Of a stretch of DNA of 64,000 bases, positions 52,722 to 64,000 are shown piece by piece (position 1 is the stretch's first letter; the number at the start of each line of letters is the position of its first letter). The notes under the pieces were generated by a model. It saw nothing but the letters and a program-made list of their open reading frames with translations. It did no database searches and was not told where the DNA came from. Source of the stretch: Chrysomallon squamiferum. Lineage: Eukaryota; Animalia; Mollusca. The stretch covers positions 744,001-808,000 of the forward strand of contig CM022678.1 of NCBI GenBank assembly GCA_012295275.1. The letters run 5' to 3'. The position numbers and the translations under genes are program-made.

Positions 52722-54299
52722 TGTACTGACTGGTAGAGAATTAATCTATATATACCGTTTCTATTCATTAGGTGTTGTGTTTTATGATGTTTAATTGTTT
52801 GTGTATTTAAAAAATTACGAATACACTGATTGTTTTCCTATTTTTATTATCACGTTTATAATCAGTTTAGTTGAAAGTACCTCATGATTAAAAATTCGCA
52901 GACGCGATTGAAAAAGAACAGCCGACATCTCGTTTTTCCCTTGACTGTTGACGTGTTGTGCTTATGCACGCAGATTTTCTGTTCATGTTTGGCTGGCTAT
53001 GAATAGCTCACAAAACCACGAAATTGATTAATTCTGTGTTTAGTCACGTCAGATATCAATTTTATTTTAGTACAGTGTACTTCTAAACGGTACAGTCATT
53101 TCGCAACAGTCTGTGGACGAGATAAAATATGGGCTGGTTTGTACCGAAACGTACCTTGTGATTTCACTGTTTTAAATTGTTAAATACTGCCTTTACCCAG
53201 TTAAATTTTTATCTGTATCATACATTCCAACGTGCGTAAACGTCAAATAAACATCTTTCTCTGGGGGTCAAAGTTTATTTACGATATTCAGTTGACTGGT
53301 TTTTATTTTTTTTATGAATATCGTCGGTGAATTCTGTTTGGTAGTTAGTTACATTCGTGTTTACATTGCTGGCTGTTCTATGTACGGTGTACTGCGACCT
53401 TGAAGACAGTATCTCCCGTGGTGGTATGGACAACGACAACGACATCATTTTAAAATAAAGTACTGGTAAATCCAGACGACACAGCGAAGAGAAGGATTTA
53501 ACAGCGTACAGCACAGTGGTAGGTAGGAGGTGCTGATGGTGTTATCAGCTGTACTAATATTAGCAGCTGATGTATTAATAGCTGCACATTTAATTGATTT
53601 GGTGTCCCTTGTAATTGTTCTTGTTGTATAATCGCTGTATTAATTGTGCTACTTTACTACTAGTAATATGTGTTACTCTTTTGCAGTACCAGCAGAATTA
53701 TTAGCATTACTGGTAGTGTAGTAGAATAGCTGTAGTAGTAGTAATAGTCGTAGTAGTCGTAGTTGTTGTAGGATAAGTAAAGTAACAGGAGTAATAGCAG
53801 CATTAGTAGCAATTGTTGTAGTGGCCGTGGTAGTAGTAGTAGTAGTATTTTAATAATAATAAAAAGTAATGTAATAGTGACCAATAATGATGATGATGAT
53901 GATGATAATGATGATATCACTACTAGTAGTACTTTTATTACTACTGTTGTTGTTGTCAGCATCATCTGTTTTCAGTGTTTTACCAAAATTCTATTGCCTT
54001 GACCTCTATGCAATAGCTTTGTTGATAAACATGAATACAGAAGGAACAAAACAAATAGAAATAAATAAATAAATAAATAAATAAATATGTATACTGACCT
54101 CTGATGTTCTGACTTACATTCTGTTTTTTCAAATTCAAATTCATAATTTCATGTCTCTAGAAAAATCTTTCGATACTTTGTTATAGATAAACGTCATAAC
54201 TATTGTTGACGTCATACTAAGGTGACATTTGACCTCATTTATTTATATATTTATTCATTCATTCTTCTTTTTTTCTTCTTCTTCTTCTTCTTCTTCTTC

Positions 54300-54330
<31 letters not shown>

Positions 54331-54780
54331 TAACGTTGTGTTATTGTTATTGTTGTTGTTTTTGGTGGTGGTGGTGGTGGTGGTAGTGGTGATGTTGATG
54401 TTGTTGTTGTTGTTGTTTTTATTACTATTATTTTAAATGTTTATAATTCACACTGTTAATACGGTTATAATCAAACCTTTTTTTACCCTTCAATTCTGTG
54501 TATCATATTATGAAGTATCAATTCTGTAGTATCATATTATGAAGTATCAGTTCTGTAGTATTATTTGGATGAGATTATTTAGGGTGTATAATTTCTAATC
54601 ATGAATTATATCTGTCAGATATTTCATTAACAGTACAAGGCATACACACGTGCAAACGCACACACATGAACACGCACACGCAGACATGCACACACACACA
54701 CTTACTCAGGTACAAACGCACACATATAGATAGATATTATTCATTTAAAAATAAACTGACGTTTTGACGTTTTGTTTCAG

Positions 54781-61877
<7,097 letters not shown>

Positions 61878-62286
61878 CGTTTCACACATTTATTAGACCT
61901 TCAGTAAAATTACACTGACCTCTCGACAAGATAAATCTTGTGGTGAAAATGACCCTCAGGACAATGTTATTTCGACCGTGGTGATGTGTTATCTTTTCCT
62001 ACTGGATAATCCGTCTCTGCGTGCTCTGGGGATGTCACGTGATTAAAGTGACGTCAGAGTTTGTATGTGTGAAAGTAATGCGTGGTGGTTAAGTCTTCTG
62101 CGTTCTGACTGTTTGGTTGCGTGATCGATTCTCAGAGTGTATGTCACCTCTCTAACTGTACTTAGTTGTGTTTTAATACTCAGTTACAGTCATAATGTTC
62201 ATAGTTATAATCAGTACTTATTAGTATTGTTGTTATTGTTATTATTACTATTAATATTATTATTATTATTATTATTATTTTTACTA

Positions 62287-62324
<38 letters not shown>

Positions 62325-62326
62325 TA

Positions 62327-62417
<91 letters not shown>

Positions 62418-63668
62418 TATTTTTTTTTTATTTTTTTTTTTTTTTATTTTATTATTACTTTTACTAATACTATAACCGGGACTATTAGTGACATTACTAT
62501 TACTGCTATTGCCACTATTTATGCAGCTACTACTACATCTGCTACTATTACTTCTACTACTACTACTACCATTAATTTTACTACTACTATTATTGTATAA
62601 TTATTGTTAAATGTTTTTGAATAGTGAGCAGTTTTAAAAACCAGTAAGACCTTTTAAGTAAACAATTAGTTAAAGTCACATTTATAAATCTTTTTTTTTT
62701 TTTATCCGCGCACAAAACAACACGTGACCTCAGTATTACTTGTACTTTTAATTCGTTATAAACTGGAAATGGCAACAGTGTCATACTTAAAGAGATAAAC
62801 AGAATATATTAGTTATTTCCCTGCGCCATATACCCTGTATGTACTACTAACATCGATAATGATCACGCACAAACGCAGACACTCACACTCAAATACACAG
62901 ATGCATATATAAACATGCATGATAACACAGATATTTTCTGTATAATGTGAAGTTTTCTTTTCTCAGATTTGAAAGTGGATGTGATTTGAAATTACCAAAT
63001 GTATGTCAATTATATACAAGAATAAATTATACTATTATATTTTCTTAAGTTTTTGTTTTTTTTTTTTTTTTGTTTTGTTGTTGTTGTACGGTACAAGTGG
63101 CTGAATAATGCAGGTCATTTTATAAAATACTTTATAAAGGTGGTCTCTTAACGCAGTTTCTTTACACACGTGACTCATAAACACAACAGTGTGCTCTAAC
63201 GGGTTTGGATAATGTCACGTGACCAGTGTCTATGAAAGGTACTTTAAGTTAGTGACGAGGGTTTGTTTTCAGTGTGTTTTCTCCTACGCTTTCGCCAGTC
63301 AATTGAAGGTTATTGATTAATTCTCTGCTTTTATAAAATTACTTACATTGCATTAAGAGACTACCTTTTAGAAAATGTATAAAAATAACCTCTATTATGC
63401 AGCCACTTGTCTTAAAAAATCTCTTTATCGCACTGCTAAAAAAAAAAGTACTTATATACATGCATACTTATATGCACATATACATGCATACTTATACGTA
63501 CAGAAACATAATATTTATACGTACAGAAACATGCGAATACGTACATATTTAAGATATCTGTTTACTGATCAATGCAGATTTCTATAATTTGATAGAAAAT
63601 ATATATGATTAAAAATGATTCCAGTAAAATGCCTCACAGACAACTGAGCACAAACATAACACTTACAT

Positions 63669-63699
<31 letters not shown>

Positions 63700-64000
63700 T
63701 ACAGATATACACACATTCACAGAACATACCTTTTCTTCTTCTTCTTACTATTATTATTTTTTTTTTTTTTTATTATTCATTTTTGTTATTATTTGTTGTT
63801 TTTTAGTTGTTGTTTTTTTGTGGGTTTTTTGTTGTTGTTTTTTTTTTATTTATTTATTTATTTGTTTCTTTCTTTCTTTTATATGATTTTCGTAAAATAC
63901 ATTTGTGGGTGTGTTTTTTTTATTGGTAAATGTTTCCAATGAAATATATTAGTCAGTTTGTCTAACAGGTGAATTCTCTGGGGCGAGTGATGAATACTTA

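Overview
AT-rich, microsatellite-dense animal genomic DNA with GT-AG introns. The gene families suggest a lophotrochozoan, probably a mollusc (inference only). Nearly all supplied ORFs are translations of simple repeats. Manual exon assembly gives five genes. (1) Minus strand, <1535-19916: a natriuretic-peptide-receptor-type membrane guanylyl cyclase, 20 exons in the window, with its 3' end beyond the left edge. (2) Minus strand, 23037-27666: a hidden 3-exon gene for a ~124-aa secreted, Cys-rich, probably GPI-anchored protein; the ORF track shows only its last exon. (3) Plus strand, 30829-50657: a large secreted mosaic of signal peptide, EGF x6, a FAMeT-like domain split by a GON domain, EGF, a duplicated furin-site linker, an M12B/ADAMTS-type metalloprotease and a Cys-rich tail. 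(4) tRNA-Arg(TCG), 52649-52721, minus. (5) Plus strand, ~54781-61877: an SLC18B1-like MFS transporter whose tail carries four tandem acidic dileucine motifs. The most striking pattern is that most complex minisatellites are local amplifications of splice junctions (splice site plus adjacent exon bases). Some are in frame, and one multiplies the zinc-binding HEIGH motif. Several +1/+2 frameshifts at or near short homopolymers point to residual assembly errors, so some oddities may be artefacts. All coordinates and translations were read by hand.
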